From: an uncultured delta proteobacterium
GTDB taxonomy: Bacteria > Myxococcota_A > Polyangia > Haliangiales > Haliangiaceae
NCBI GenBank assembly: GCA_963743525.1
Contig: CAVUQH010000003.1
Span: 1 to 64,000 of the forward strand
Length of the DNA stretch: 64,000 bases
Direction: 5' to 3'
Shown here in pieces: positions 30,641 to 42,570 of this stretch (the first letter of the stretch is position 1; the number at the start of each line of letters is the position of its first letter). The notes beneath the pieces were generated by a model, which worked only from the letters and a program-made list of their open reading frames with translations, had not been told where the DNA came from and ran no database searches. The translations under genes were made by a program, and so were the position numbers.

Positions 30641-31876
30641 GTGGACGGCGTGCGACAGAGAGGCGTGATCACTCCGGCCGCCGGCGTCGCGGCGCTCGTC
30701 CTCTGCACCCTGTCGATCGGCGTGCTCAGCGTCGGCCGACTGGTCGCCGCCCGGCAGGACGCCCAGGGCGCCGCCGACTCGGCCGCCCTGGCTGCCGCCG
30801 ACATCATTCGCGAACGCGGGTTGCCGTTCGCCGGCCAGGCGCGGGCGTCAGCCGAGCGGGTGGCGCGGAGCAACTCCAAGCGGCCCATCGACTTCCGCTG
30901 GAACATCGCCCAGACGGCCGACGCCGTTCAGGTCAGCGTGGCCACGTCGATCGACGTCAACCTGCCGCGGCTGGCGTTCTCACAGACGACCAAGGCCGCC
31001 CAGGCCAACGCCAAGACCGAGCTGTCGCAGAAGCGCTTCGACGACGCCGAGCGGCGCATCCCCAAGCTGGTGCTGGTGCTCGACTACTCCGGGTCGATGG
31101 CTCTGCCGTTCTCCGGCGGTGGCGCCCGCGCCATCGACGTGCTCGAAGACAGCGTCGAGGGGCTGCTCAACGCCAACCTGATGATCGACTACGGCGCGGT
31201 CTTCTTCTCGTCCAACGTCTTCAAGACCCACGCCATCGGGCCGAGCACGCCGGCGCAGATCATCAACACCATGTCTCGCTACGACGCCGGCGGGTCAACC
31301 AACACCGCCGCGGCGCTGAGCCGGGCGGCCAACATCCTGTCCGCGGCGCCCAACACCGGCCGCTACATCTTGCTGGTTTCCGACGGCGAGCCGTGCTGCT
31401 CGTCGAGCTCGTTCTCCGCCGCCCGCGCCGCCGCCCAGGCCGCGTGGGGCCGCGACGTCACCATCTTCACCCTGGAGATCCGCCGCAGCGGCTCGTCGAG
31501 CGCCCTCGACCACTTCATGACCGACGTCGCCGGCTCGCCGACCAGCCGCCGCGACCGCAACTACCACTTCGTCGCCACCTCGGCAGCCGCGCTGGTCAAC
31601 GAGTTCCGCAACATCGTCGCCAACATCGTGTGCAAGGTCGGGCCGATGAACCCGGGCCCGTCGGACATCTCGTCGCTGCGCGTGTTCCTGACCAACGGCC
31701 TGTCCGAGCGCGCGGTCCCGGCGACAGGCGACCTGGCCGCCGACCGCGGCATCGAGGCGTTCCGCTACAACGCCCCCGACCAGACCATCCGCCTGACCGA
31801 GACCGCCTGCGACGCGGTCATCGACCGCGGCGACGACGTCGTCGTCCGCTTCGACCGCCCGACCCTGACCGAATAG
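30641..31876 (+). CDS. tadG: TadG-like pseudopilin with VWA domain
   Basis: RQRG plus hydrophobic helix, AQGAADSAALAAA, MIDAS motif LDYSGSM, GGSTNT and LVSDG. Confidence 0.85.
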   Translation: MDGVRQRGVITPAAGVAALVLCTLSIGVLSVGRLVAARQDAQGAADSAALAAADIIRERGLPFAGQARASAERVARSNSKRPIDFRWNIAQTADAVQVSVATSIDVNLPRLAFSQTTKAAQANAKTELSQKRFDDAERRIPKLVLVLDYSGSMALPFSGGGARAIDVLEDSVEGLLNANLMIDYGAVFFSSNVFKTHAIGPSTPAQIINTMSRYDAGGSTNTAAALSRAANILSAAPNTGRYILLVSDGEPCCSSSSFSAARAAAQAAWGRDVTIFTLEIRRSGSSSALDHFMTDVAGSPTSRRDRNYHFVATSAAALVNEFRNIVANIVCKVGPMNPGPSDISSLRVFLTNGLSERAVPATGDLAADRGIEAFRYNAPDQTIRLTETACDAVIDRGDDVVVRFDRPTLTE

Positions 31877-31900
31877 TCGATTTCGTGGTCTGATGCGCGC

Positions 31901-32515
31901 ATGCGCTGGTTGCTGCTCGCGTGCCTGAGCCTGACCGCCTGCGGTAAGAAGCACGACACCGCGAGCAAGGCTCCCGACGACGGCGCGGCGCCGGCACGCG
32001 CGGTGTCCGACGCGGCGCCGGCGACGACGGAGTGCGACACCGACGATGGCCTGGCCCACTGGGTGGCCGGGCAGCGCGGTACCGCGGTGGGCAAGCTCGA
32101 CTGCGTGCAACGCGCCGCCGATTTTCCCGGCGTCATCCTGGTCGGCAGCTTCGCCAACGACCGCGGCTGCATGCCCGACCTGGTGATCCTCGACTGCAAG
32201 CGGCGCGATGGTCCGCTGCCCGCCTCGCTGATCCTCAACCGCGCCGGCTGGGGCGGGGCGGACGCGGACCGGCGGGAGACGCTGGCCCTGCGCTACCTGC
32301 GCCAGGTCGCCACCGTCTTCGACGGAACGATCGCCGACACCCCCGACCCGCCCAAGACCGAGACCAACGCCGACGGCCAGGTCACGGTCGAGGTCTGGAT
32401 CGACCGGCCCGCCGGCATGCGCGCCGGCCGCGTCGCCGACCGCGTCCGCTACAGCTTCCGCTCCGACGGCCGGGTCACCAGCGAGACCATCGGCCACCTC
32501 GACGAGCGGCGCTGA
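31901..32515 (+). CDS. Hypothetical lipoprotein
   Basis: LTAC lipobox. Confidence 0.75.
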   Translation: MRWLLLACLSLTACGKKHDTASKAPDDGAAPARAVSDAAPATTECDTDDGLAHWVAGQRGTAVGKLDCVQRAADFPGVILVGSFANDRGCMPDLVILDCKRRDGPLPASLILNRAGWGGADADRRETLALRYLRQVATVFDGTIADTPDPPKTETNADGQVTVEVWIDRPAGMRAGRVADRVRYSFRSDGRVTSETIGHLDERR

Positions 32516-33160
32516 TCACTTCAGGTTGTAGATGATCGTCAGCGCGCCGCAGGCCGCCACGGAGTGACTGTTCACCATCACCGGCTGGAAGCGAGCCCTC
32601 CACAGCGCGACCAGCAACTCACCATCGTACGACGCATAGCCACTGGCGCGCAGAAGCTTCACTGACGACGGCTCTCCGCTGGTGTCAACGCAGAGCTTGA
32701 CCGTCACCAGCAACCTGGCGGTTCCCTTGCTGCGCATCGACGCGATCACCTTCGCGTCGGGGACAACAGTCAGGTCACCCGAGACCAGCTGCAGCTGCGA
32801 GCTCGGCACCAGCAGCGGCGCGGCCGGCGGCGGCGGTGGCGGCGGCGGCCCGTTCAGCGGGGATTCGACGACACCGCCTTCGACACCGCCCACGACGCCG
32901 CCTTCGACGCCGCCTTCGACGCCACCTTCGACGCCACCTTCGACGCCGCCTTCGACGCCGCCTTCGACACCATCCTCACCCGGGGGCTCCACCGATTCCT
33001 TCGCCTGCGCCGGTTCCTCCGGCGGCGCCTGCTTTTCCACCGGCGCCGGCGGCGCCTCCGCGGCTGGTGGTGCCGGCCGAGCCGGCGGAGGCGCGCTGCC
33101 ACCACATCCGAGCAGCGCACAGCTGGTCAGAGCGACCACCAGGGCGATCTTCTGGTTCAT
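32516..33160 (-). CDS. TonB C-terminal-like lipoprotein with GGVE repeats
   Basis: LLGC lipobox, Pro-rich linker, (GGVE)n and KLCVDTSG..SSVKLLRASGY..YD...RFQP. Confidence 0.75.
   Translation of the reverse strand: MNQKIALVVALTSCALLGCGGSAPPPARPAPPAAEAPPAPVEKQAPPEEPAQAKESVEPPGEDGVEGGVEGGVEGGVEGGVEGGVEGGVVGGVEGGVVESPLNGPPPPPPPPAAPLLVPSSQLQLVSGDLTVVPDAKVIASMRSKGTARLLVTVKLCVDTSGEPSSVKLLRASGYASYDGELLVALWRARFQPVMVNSHSVAACGALTIIYNLK
32864..32970 (-). repeat. 12-bp coding tandem repeat (GGVE)n
   Basis: About 8 copies of CCTTCGACGCCG and variants. Confidence 0.85.
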
Positions 33161-33207
33161 GGACGGCGACGCTATCACGCGCCGTTGCCCGCGCGTATCA
33201 TCGGATC

Positions 33208-34221
33208 GTGCTCGCGCGGGACGTCGAGATTGCCGACATCGACGGTCGGCACTGGGACAACTGGCTGCGCCTGCTGGTGCCGCCGGGGGCGATCGACGAT
33301 CCGCGCTTCGCCATGGTCTGGATCGACGGCGACCAGGTGATCAAAGCCGTCGTGCGCGGGCAGGGCGCGCTGCCGCTCGACCAGGTGCCGTTCGCCGGCA
33401 CCTCGGACCAGGCGCTGGAGGCGCTGGCCGCCGAGCTCGGCGTCGGCGCGCTGGTGGTGTTCCAGCGCGGCGCGATCGAGTCACTGTTCGCCGGCATCGA
33501 CAGCCAGCTGCGCGCGGGCGACGACTACGTCGCCCAGGGATTGGTCATGCTGCGCGAGCTCAAGGCGCTGGCCGGCGAGGGGATCTGGAGCCACCCGCAC
33601 CTGCTGGAGATCGTACCGGCGCCGCCGTTCGAGGCGCTGCAGCGGACGTTCAATCTCCTGGTGCCCGACGGCAGCGCGATGGTCGCCTACGTCATCGAGG
33701 ACGATCGCTCCGACGTGCACGCCTCGATCATCGCGACCAAGGTCGACGGCCACGTCGATCAGGTGGCGACGCACAAGGCGCTGGAGGATGCGCTGCCGGG
33801 GACGCAGCTGGCGCGCGGCTGGCGGGGGCAGCACAAGCGGGTGCTCGAGCTGGTCGAGGAGCGGTTCGCCAAGCCCAGCGTGGCGGTGTTCATGGAGCGC
33901 GCCGCCTACTACCGGGTGTTGACCGGTCCGACCGATACGCTCACCCGCGAGATTCGAGCCCGGCACATCGTCATCGACCCGGCGCCCGCCTGGCTGCTCG
34001 GTCTGCTCGGCGGCGCCACCGTGGCCGCCATGGCCACCCGCAGCGCCCGGGCGATGGCCAGCCTGTTGCCACAGTCGGCCAGGCAAATGGCCAGCAACCT
34101 GGCCAAACAGGCCCGCGACGCCGCCCAGTCTTCGTCGGTCAACCCGTGGTCCCTGCTCGGCTTCGATCCGATCGAGCTGTGGCTGCGCCTGCGCCACCTG
34201 TATCGCCCGGCGAAACCGTAG
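33208..34221 (+). CDS. Hypothetical protein
   Basis: Natural composition from VLARDVEIADID onward, with a hydrophobic segment near the C-terminus. Confidence 0.75.
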   Translation: MLARDVEIADIDGRHWDNWLRLLVPPGAIDDPRFAMVWIDGDQVIKAVVRGQGALPLDQVPFAGTSDQALEALAAELGVGALVVFQRGAIESLFAGIDSQLRAGDDYVAQGLVMLRELKALAGEGIWSHPHLLEIVPAPPFEALQRTFNLLVPDGSAMVAYVIEDDRSDVHASIIATKVDGHVDQVATHKALEDALPGTQLARGWRGQHKRVLELVEERFAKPSVAVFMERAAYYRVLTGPTDTLTREIRARHIVIDPAPAWLLGLLGGATVAAMATRSARAMASLLPQSARQMASNLAKQARDAAQSSSVNPWSLLGFDPIELWLRLRHLYRPAKP

Positions 34222-34311
34222 ACCGGGGGCACCCGCTCCAGTTGTGACCTGGCAGGTGTGGTCGGCGGTCTCCAGCAGCCGCCGAAACTGCGGGGATCCG
34301 TGCTGTTGCGC

Positions 34312-34328
34312 GGGGCACGCGGCTTGCT
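34312..34328 (+). promoter_or_regulatory. Candidate sigma54 promoter
   Basis: GGGGCACGCGGCTTGCT matches GGCACG-N4-TTGC just upstream of the RBS and ATG at 34350. Confidence 0.6.
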
Positions 34329-34349
34329 GATGCCTCTGGCGGAGGGACC

Positions 34350-35339
34350 ATGTCGCACACCACCCGCTGGCTCACCATCTCCGCCGCGCTCGTCGCCACC
34401 ACCGTTGCCGGTCACCGGGCGGCCCGCGCGGCCGCCTGCGATTCCAACCTGATCATCGTCCTCGATCGCAGCTGCTCGATGAAGAAGGTCCCGGCGGGGG
34501 ATACCCGCAGCAAGTGGCAGATCGCCGAGGAGGCGATCGGCCAGCTGACCACCACCTACGACGGCCAGCTGCGCTACGGGCTGATCATGTTCCCCGACGA
34601 GGGCGGCGCCAACTGCGTGCAGGACCAGTCGATCTACGTCAACACCGGAACCGGCAACGAGCAGGCGGTGCGCGACGCCATCGCCGGCACCGCCCCCGAC
34701 GGCCCGTGCGTGACCAACATCGACACCGCGATGGAGCAGGTGTCGTCGGACCCGGCGTTCGACGGCACCCCCGATCCCAGCGGCCGGCGCGGCTTCGTCC
34801 TGCTCATCACCGACGGCAAGCAGTCCGGCTCGTGCGGCGGCAACACCAACGATCCGATCACCGTGGCCAACATCGAGGCGCTGTACAACGCCGGCTATCC
34901 GACCTACGTGGTCGGCTTCGGCGACGGCGTCGACCCCGCCGACCTCGACTCGTTCGCCGTGGCCGGCGGGGTTCCGCGCATGGGCACGCCGATGTACTAC
35001 CAGGCCGACAACGCCGCCGAGCTGGATGCGGCCCTCGACGCCATCGCCGGCAGCATCGTCGGCGACCCGGAGCTGGGCGGCTGCACCGGCACGCCGTGCC
35101 CGGACGGGCGCTGCTTCGGCAGCGGCGAGACCTGCGTCGACAGCGTCTGCGTCGTGCCCTTCACCGACGCCGGTCCCCAGCCCGACGCCGGCAGCGGCCA
35201 GGACGGTGACGGCGGCATGGGCGGCGGCGGCGCCACCGGCGACATGGCCGGCGGCTGCTGCGGCACCGGCCAGGGCGGCGCGCCCGCCTCGCTGCTGCTG
35301 ATCGGCCTGGTCGCCGCGTTCCTCCGCCGCCGCCGCTGA
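34350..35339 (+). CDS. Secreted VWA-domain protein with MYXO-CTERM-type sorting tail
   Basis: Signal peptide, LDRSCSM MIDAS, LITDG, a Cys-rich module and tail GGCC...LLLIGLVAAFLRRRR. Confidence 0.87.
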   Translation: MSHTTRWLTISAALVATTVAGHRAARAAACDSNLIIVLDRSCSMKKVPAGDTRSKWQIAEEAIGQLTTTYDGQLRYGLIMFPDEGGANCVQDQSIYVNTGTGNEQAVRDAIAGTAPDGPCVTNIDTAMEQVSSDPAFDGTPDPSGRRGFVLLITDGKQSGSCGGNTNDPITVANIEALYNAGYPTYVVGFGDGVDPADLDSFAVAGGVPRMGTPMYYQADNAAELDAALDAIAGSIVGDPELGGCTGTPCPDGRCFGSGETCVDSVCVVPFTDAGPQPDAGSGQDGDGGMGGGGATGDMAGGCCGTGQGGAPASLLLIGLVAAFLRRRR

Positions 35340-35533
35340 GGCCGCTGTCAACCTGCCGGCCCCGTGTGCTTAGATGCGGCGCGTGTCCACGGTACTGCGC
35401 CTCGCCCTCATCGCTTCGCTAACGTCGCATCGGTGAGCCCGAGGTCGTGGGGCCGTACGGACTGATCACCGCGTCGGCGACGTTTGGCTTCGTCACCGCG
35501 ATCGCCGCCGCGTCCCTATAGTACGATCGCGGC

Positions 35534-36508
35534 GTGGGGCCGCAGGTCAGCATCGTCATCCCCTGCTTCGACGAAGCAGAGAGCGTGGGCGAGTTGGTCG
35601 CGGCGCTGGACCGCACCGTCGGCGAGCTGGAGAAGAACGAGCGCACCGTCGAGGTGATCGCGGTCGACGATGGCTCGGCCGACGACACCTTCGCGCAGCT
35701 GCAGAAGGCGGCGGCCGAGCGGCCGTGGCTGCGGGTGATCCAGCTGCGCCGCAACTACGGCCAGACCGCGGCGCTGTCGGCCGGGTTCGACGCCGCCCGC
35801 GGCGACTACGTGGTGCCGATGGACGCCGACCTGCAGAACGATCCGGCCGACATTCCGGCGATGCTGGCGCGCCTCGAAGAAGGCCACGATGTCGTCTGCG
35901 GCTGGCGGCGCAAGCGCAAGGACCCGCTGTTTCGCCGCCGCGTGCCGTCGCGGGTCGCCAACTGGGTGATCGGCCGGGTGTCCGGCCTGCGCCTGCACGA
36001 CTACGGCTGTACGCTCAAGGCGTTCCGCGCCGAGTATCTCGAAGGCGTGCACCTGTACGGCGAGATGCACCGCTTCCTGCCCATCTACGCCAAGTGGGAA
36101 GGCGCGCGGATCACCGAGATGGAGGTCCGCCACCACCCGCGCCGGCACGGCAAATCGAAGTACGGCCTCGAGCGGTCGATCAAGGTGCTGCTCGATCTGA
36201 TCACGGTGAAGCTGCTCGGCGACTACTCGACCAAGCCGCTGTACATGTTCGGCCGGCCGGGGCTGCTGCTGTGTCTGCTGGGCGTGTTGTGTGCGGCGAC
36301 GTCGGTGGCCGAGAAGTGGATCATCGGCACCTGGATCCACAAGAACCCGCTGGCGCTCCTGGCGGTCATGCTGTTCATCGTCGGCATGCAGCTGATCGGC
36401 ATGGGTCTCCTGGCCGAGCTGCAGGTGCGCACCTACCACGAGTCCCAGGCCAAGCCGACCTACCGGATACGCGAACAGATCAACGCGCCCGGCGGCGCCG
36501 TTGACTAG
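35534..36508 (+). CDS. GT2 glycosyltransferase (ArnC/DPM-synthase-like)
   Basis: VDDGSAD, RNYGQTAA, MDADLQNDP, GEMHRF and two C-terminal TMs. Confidence 0.92.
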   Translation: MGPQVSIVIPCFDEAESVGELVAALDRTVGELEKNERTVEVIAVDDGSADDTFAQLQKAAAERPWLRVIQLRRNYGQTAALSAGFDAARGDYVVPMDADLQNDPADIPAMLARLEEGHDVVCGWRRKRKDPLFRRRVPSRVANWVIGRVSGLRLHDYGCTLKAFRAEYLEGVHLYGEMHRFLPIYAKWEGARITEMEVRHHPRRHGKSKYGLERSIKVLLDLITVKLLGDYSTKPLYMFGRPGLLLCLLGVLCAATSVAEKWIIGTWIHKNPLALLAVMLFIVGMQLIGMGLLAELQVRTYHESQAKPTYRIREQINAPGGAVD

Positions 36509-36510
36509 CC

Positions 36511-38451
36511 ATGTGCGGCATCGCCGGGATTCTGGCGCGCGCGGGTGAGCGGCCCGACGAGGCCGCGCTGCGGGCAATGACTGCGGCGCTGGTCCACCGT
36601 GGCCCCGACGGCGAAGGCTTCTTCGCCGTCGCGCCGATCGCCCTCGGTCACCGTCGGCTGGCGATCATCGACGTCGACGGTGGTGCCCAGCCGATGCACG
36701 CGGCCGGCGGCCGGGTGACCGGGGTGGTCAACGGCGAGATCTACAACTTCGCCGAGCTGCGCGCCCGGCTCGAAGCCCGCGGTCACCGGTTCGTCTCTCG
36801 CTCGGACTCCGAGGTCGTGGTCCACGGCTACGCCGAGTGGGGCGCAGAGCTGGTCGATCGGCTCGACGGCATGTTCGCGCTGGCGGTGTGGGACGCCGGC
36901 GACGGCACGCTGCTCCTGGCCCGCGATCGGATGGGCGAGAAGCCGCTCTACTACGCCGAGCGCGACGGTGCGCTGATCTTCGCCAGCGAGCTTCGCGCGC
37001 TGCTGCGCCATCCGGCGATCCATGTCGACGTCGACACCGATGCTCTGGCCCGCTACCTGGTCTACGACTACATACCGCCGCCGCGGTCGATCCTTCGCGG
37101 CGTGCACAAGCTGGCGGCCGGCGAGATGCTGATCGCCCGGCCGGGCGCGATCGGGGCACCGCGCCGATACTGGGAGCTGCCGCTGGCGCCGCAGCCGCCG
37201 GGCGGTCGTATCACCGAGCTGGCCGACGGCGCCGCCCAGCTGCGGGCCGCGCTCGAGCGCGCGGTCGCCTCGCGCATGGTCTCCGACGTGCCGTTGGGCG
37301 TGTTCCTGTCCGGCGGGCTCGACTCGTCGCTGGTCGCCGCGCTGGCGGCGCGGGCCCGCGGTGGCGACCTCGACACCTTTGCCATCGCCTTCGACGATCC
37401 GTCGTACGACGAGTCGGCCTGGTCCCGCCGTGTGGCCGGGCAGATCGGCTCGCGCCACCACGAGCACCGCGTGACCGCGGCCGAGCTGCTGGCGCTGATC
37501 CCGCGGCTGGGCAGTCTGCTCGACGAGCCGCTGGCCGACGGCTCGCTGGTGCCAACGCACCTGTTGGCCCGCTTCGCCCGCGAACGGGTGACCGTCGCTC
37601 TGGGCGGCGACGGCAGCGACGAGCTGTTCGGCGGCTACCCGACCTTCGTCGCCGAGTCGCTGACCGGCCGCGCCCTCGACCGCCTGCCCGGCCCGATTGC
37701 CGCCCTCCTGGCCCGCGCCGGGCGCGGCGTCGAGCGGCGGTTGCCGGCGACGACGGCCAACTTCGCGCCGGCGTTCATCGCCGCGCACTTCCTCCAGGGC
37801 ATCGGCGAGCACGGCGCACGGCGCCATCAGGCGTGGATGTCGGCGGCCGGAGCCGACGGCGTGGCCGCGCTGCTCGGTCCCGCCGCCGACGGCGCGGCAA
37901 CCGCCGACCTGCTCGACCACGCGGACGCGCTGGCCGACCATTCGGCGTCGCCCAACCGCTGGGATCGGCTGCTCGCCTTCTACGCCGGCGGCTACCTGGC
38001 CGACGACATGCTGCCCAAGATCGACCGGGCCAGCATGGCGGTATCGCTGGAGGTTCGCTCGCCGATGCTCGCGCGCGAGGTGGTCGACCTGGCCTGTCGC
38101 CTGGCGCCGTCGCTGCGCGTGCGCGGCCGCCAGACCAAGCGAGCCCTGCGCGCCGCCGCCCGCGGCCTGGTGCCCGACGAGGTGATCGATCGAGCCAAGC
38201 ACGGCTTCGCCATGCCGATCGCCGGCTGGCTGCGCGGCCCGCTGGCCGACTTCGCCCGCGACACCCTGGCGCCCGCGCGCCTCGAGGCCGACGGGCTGAT
38301 CGACGGCCGCGCCGCCGCCCGCGCCGTCGACGATCACGTCGCCGGACGCCGCGACCACCGCAAGCTGATCTGGTCGCTGCTGGCCTTCCAGTGCTGGCTC
38401 GACGCCGCTCGCGATCAGGGCAGCGCGGTGCAGCTGGCGGCTTCGATCTGA
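36511..38451 (+). CDS. asnB: Asparagine synthase-like glutamine amidotransferase
   Basis: MCGIAG, HRRLAIID, NGEIYN, LSGGLDSS, GDGSDELFGGY and KHGF. Confidence 0.92.
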   Translation: MCGIAGILARAGERPDEAALRAMTAALVHRGPDGEGFFAVAPIALGHRRLAIIDVDGGAQPMHAAGGRVTGVVNGEIYNFAELRARLEARGHRFVSRSDSEVVVHGYAEWGAELVDRLDGMFALAVWDAGDGTLLLARDRMGEKPLYYAERDGALIFASELRALLRHPAIHVDVDTDALARYLVYDYIPPPRSILRGVHKLAAGEMLIARPGAIGAPRRYWELPLAPQPPGGRITELADGAAQLRAALERAVASRMVSDVPLGVFLSGGLDSSLVAALAARARGGDLDTFAIAFDDPSYDESAWSRRVAGQIGSRHHEHRVTAAELLALIPRLGSLLDEPLADGSLVPTHLLARFARERVTVALGGDGSDELFGGYPTFVAESLTGRALDRLPGPIAALLARAGRGVERRLPATTANFAPAFIAAHFLQGIGEHGARRHQAWMSAAGADGVAALLGPAADGAATADLLDHADALADHSASPNRWDRLLAFYAGGYLADDMLPKIDRASMAVSLEVRSPMLAREVVDLACRLAPSLRVRGRQTKRALRAAARGLVPDEVIDRAKHGFAMPIAGWLRGPLADFARDTLAPARLEADGLIDGRAAARAVDDHVAGRRDHRKLIWSLLAFQCWLDAARDQGSAVQLAASI

Positions 38452-38984
38452 TAGCCGCTGCCGCAGGCGCTGCAGCTGACCGCGCCACCGCCGCCGGGCA
38501 GGCGCTCGCCGCAGCTGCACATCCAGCCGATGCGCCGGGCGGGCACGCCGACGACCAGGGCAAAGTCGGGGACGTCGCGCGAGACCACGGCGCCGGCGCC
38601 GACGAACGCCCAGCGACCGATGGTCACGCCGCAGACGATGGTCGCGTTGGCACCGATGCTGGCGCCGCGCTGGACCCGCGTCGGCCGGTACTCGTCCTTG
38701 CGGCTGACTTCCGAGCGCGGGTTGATGACGTTGGTGAACACGCACGACGGTCCGCAGAAGACCGCGTCTTCCAGCGTGACGCCGTCGTAGATCGACACGT
38801 TGTTCTGCACCCTGACGCCGTCGCCGATGGTCACGTTGGCGACGTAGCAGCCCTGGCCGATGACGCAGTCGTTGCCGATGCTCGCGCCACTCATGACGTG
38901 GGTGAAGTGCCAGATCTTGGTTCGCTCGCCGACGACGGCGCCGGCGTCAACCTCGGCGGTGGGATGAACGTAGTGCTCGGCCAT
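38415..38984 (-). CDS. Hexapeptide N-acetyltransferase, WbpD/WlbB-like
   Basis: IWHF, QNNVSIY, CGPSCVFTNVINPRS, GANATIVCG and GVPARRIGW. Confidence 0.9.
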   Translation of the reverse strand: MAEHYVHPTAEVDAGAVVGERTKIWHFTHVMSGASIGNDCVIGQGCYVANVTIGDGVRVQNNVSIYDGVTLEDAVFCGPSCVFTNVINPRSEVSRKDEYRPTRVQRGASIGANATIVCGVTIGRWAFVGAGAVVSRDVPDFALVVGVPARRIGWMCSCGERLPGGGGAVSCSACGSGYQIEAASCTALP

Positions 38985-39025
38985 GCTGCCCCCGCGCGGC
39001 CGGCATGTCGCCGCGCGGTGCTAGG

Positions 39026-39896
39026 ATGGCCCGGACCATGCCCAAGCGTCCACCTCGCGTTGCCGTCGAGCTGACGGCGCCGCCGGATCTGGCCGGCGAG
39101 CCGTCGCCGCCGCGCGTCGCCTGGGAGAGCGATCTGGGCACGCTGTGGCACTCCGATGCCTTCGAGCTCCTGGCCGCGCAAGCCGACGGCTCGGTCGACC
39201 TGGTGGTCACCGATCCGCCGTACGCCATCGCCAAGGCCGAGTGGGATCAGTTCGAGTCGATCGACGCCTATGTCGACTGGTGCGACCGCTGGCTGACCGA
39301 GGTCGAGCGGGTGCTGGCGCCGGGCGGCTCGGCCTACGTCTGCGGCTTCTCCGAGATCCTCGCCGACGTCAAGGCGCGCTCGGCGCGGCGCTTTGCCGGC
39401 GGCTGCCGCTGGCTGATCTGGCACTACCGCAACAAGGCCAACCTCGGCTCGGACTGGGGCCGCTCGCACGAATCGGTGCTGCACCTGCGCAAGAAGGCGC
39501 GCGTGCGCCTCAACGTCAACGAGGTGCGGGTGCCGTACAACGACCACACCAAGCGCTACCCCGAGCGCCAGCAGGCGGTGTCGTCGCAGTACGGCGGCGG
39601 CGTCCGCCGCGACCGCTGGGAGCCGCATCCGCTGGGCGCCAAGCCGCGCGACGTCATCGAGATCCCGGTCTTGTGCAACGGCACCGCCGAGAAGACGCCG
39701 CACCCGACGCAGAAGCCGGAGGAGCTGATCCGCCGCTTCGTCGCCGGCACCTCGCAGCCGGGCGACCTGGTCCTGGACCCGTTCGCCGGCTCCGGAACCA
39801 CCGCGGTGATCGCCGAGCGCCTCGGCCGGCGATGGATCTGCGGCGATGCCGATGGTCGCTACCTCGGAGTCGCTCGCAGTCGCCTCGAAGACGAGC

Positions 39897-39910
<14 letters not shown>
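39026..39910 (+). CDS. DNA methyltransferase (N4-C/N6-A, beta class)
   Basis: DPPY precedes HPTQKP and LDPFAGSGTT. Confidence 0.9.
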
Positions 39911-41954
<2,044 letters not shown>

Positions 41955-42003
41955 GCTAAGGGACCCCATCGCGACTGTCAATCGGTATGCTCTGGGGTGG
42001 AGA

Positions 42004-42570
42004 GTGTCCGCCGAGATCCGAGATCGCTATCAGCAGCTGCTAGCCGAGATCCGCGCCGAGATTCCCGGCTTTCGCGTGATCAAGAAATCGCAGTCGCCGC
42101 TGCACCGCGCGATCCACTCCGCGCTGATCGCGATCACTTTCGGCCGCATGCGCGGCTACCTCTCCGACTACCAGACGACCATCCGGAAGACCGTCTACGT
42201 CACCGACGACTGGGACGATCTCGATCCCGATCGGCGTTACGTGACCATGCGGCACGAGCGGATCCACCTGCGCCAGTTCCGCCGCTTCAGCACTCCGGTC
42301 ATGGCGGTCCTGTACCTTCTGGTGCCGCTGCCGATGGGCCTGTCCTACTTTCGCGCACATTTCGAAAAAGAGGCGTATGCCGAGAGTATTCGCTCCGCCG
42401 CCGAGGTCTGGGGCCGGGCCCACGTCGAGGATCGGTCGTTTCGAGATCGGCTGATCGGCCAGTTCACCGGCCCCGCATACGGATGGATGTGGCCATTTCG
42501 GCGAAATCTGGAGACTTGGTACGATTCGGTGTTAGCTACCCTGCAGATTAGCGTGGGGATGAACACGTAG
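42004..42570 (+). CDS. Small HExxH zinc-metalloprotease-like protein
   Basis: RHERIHLRQ and FEKEAY; stop overlaps the Hsp70 start. Confidence 0.7.
   Translation: MSAEIRDRYQQLLAEIRAEIPGFRVIKKSQSPLHRAIHSALIAITFGRMRGYLSDYQTTIRKTVYVTDDWDDLDPDRRYVTMRHERIHLRQFRRFSTPVMAVLYLLVPLPMGLSYFRAHFEKEAYAESIRSAAEVWGRAHVEDRSFRDRLIGQFTGPAYGWMWPFRRNLETWYDSVLATLQISVGMNT

Noticed and set aside
8255..38451. Lasso peptide cluster (nucleotidyltransferase plus AsnB-like)
   Set aside because: The genes are about 27 kb apart, no PqqD/B2 or precursor is visible, and AsnB has a full glutaminase domain in a glycosylation context.
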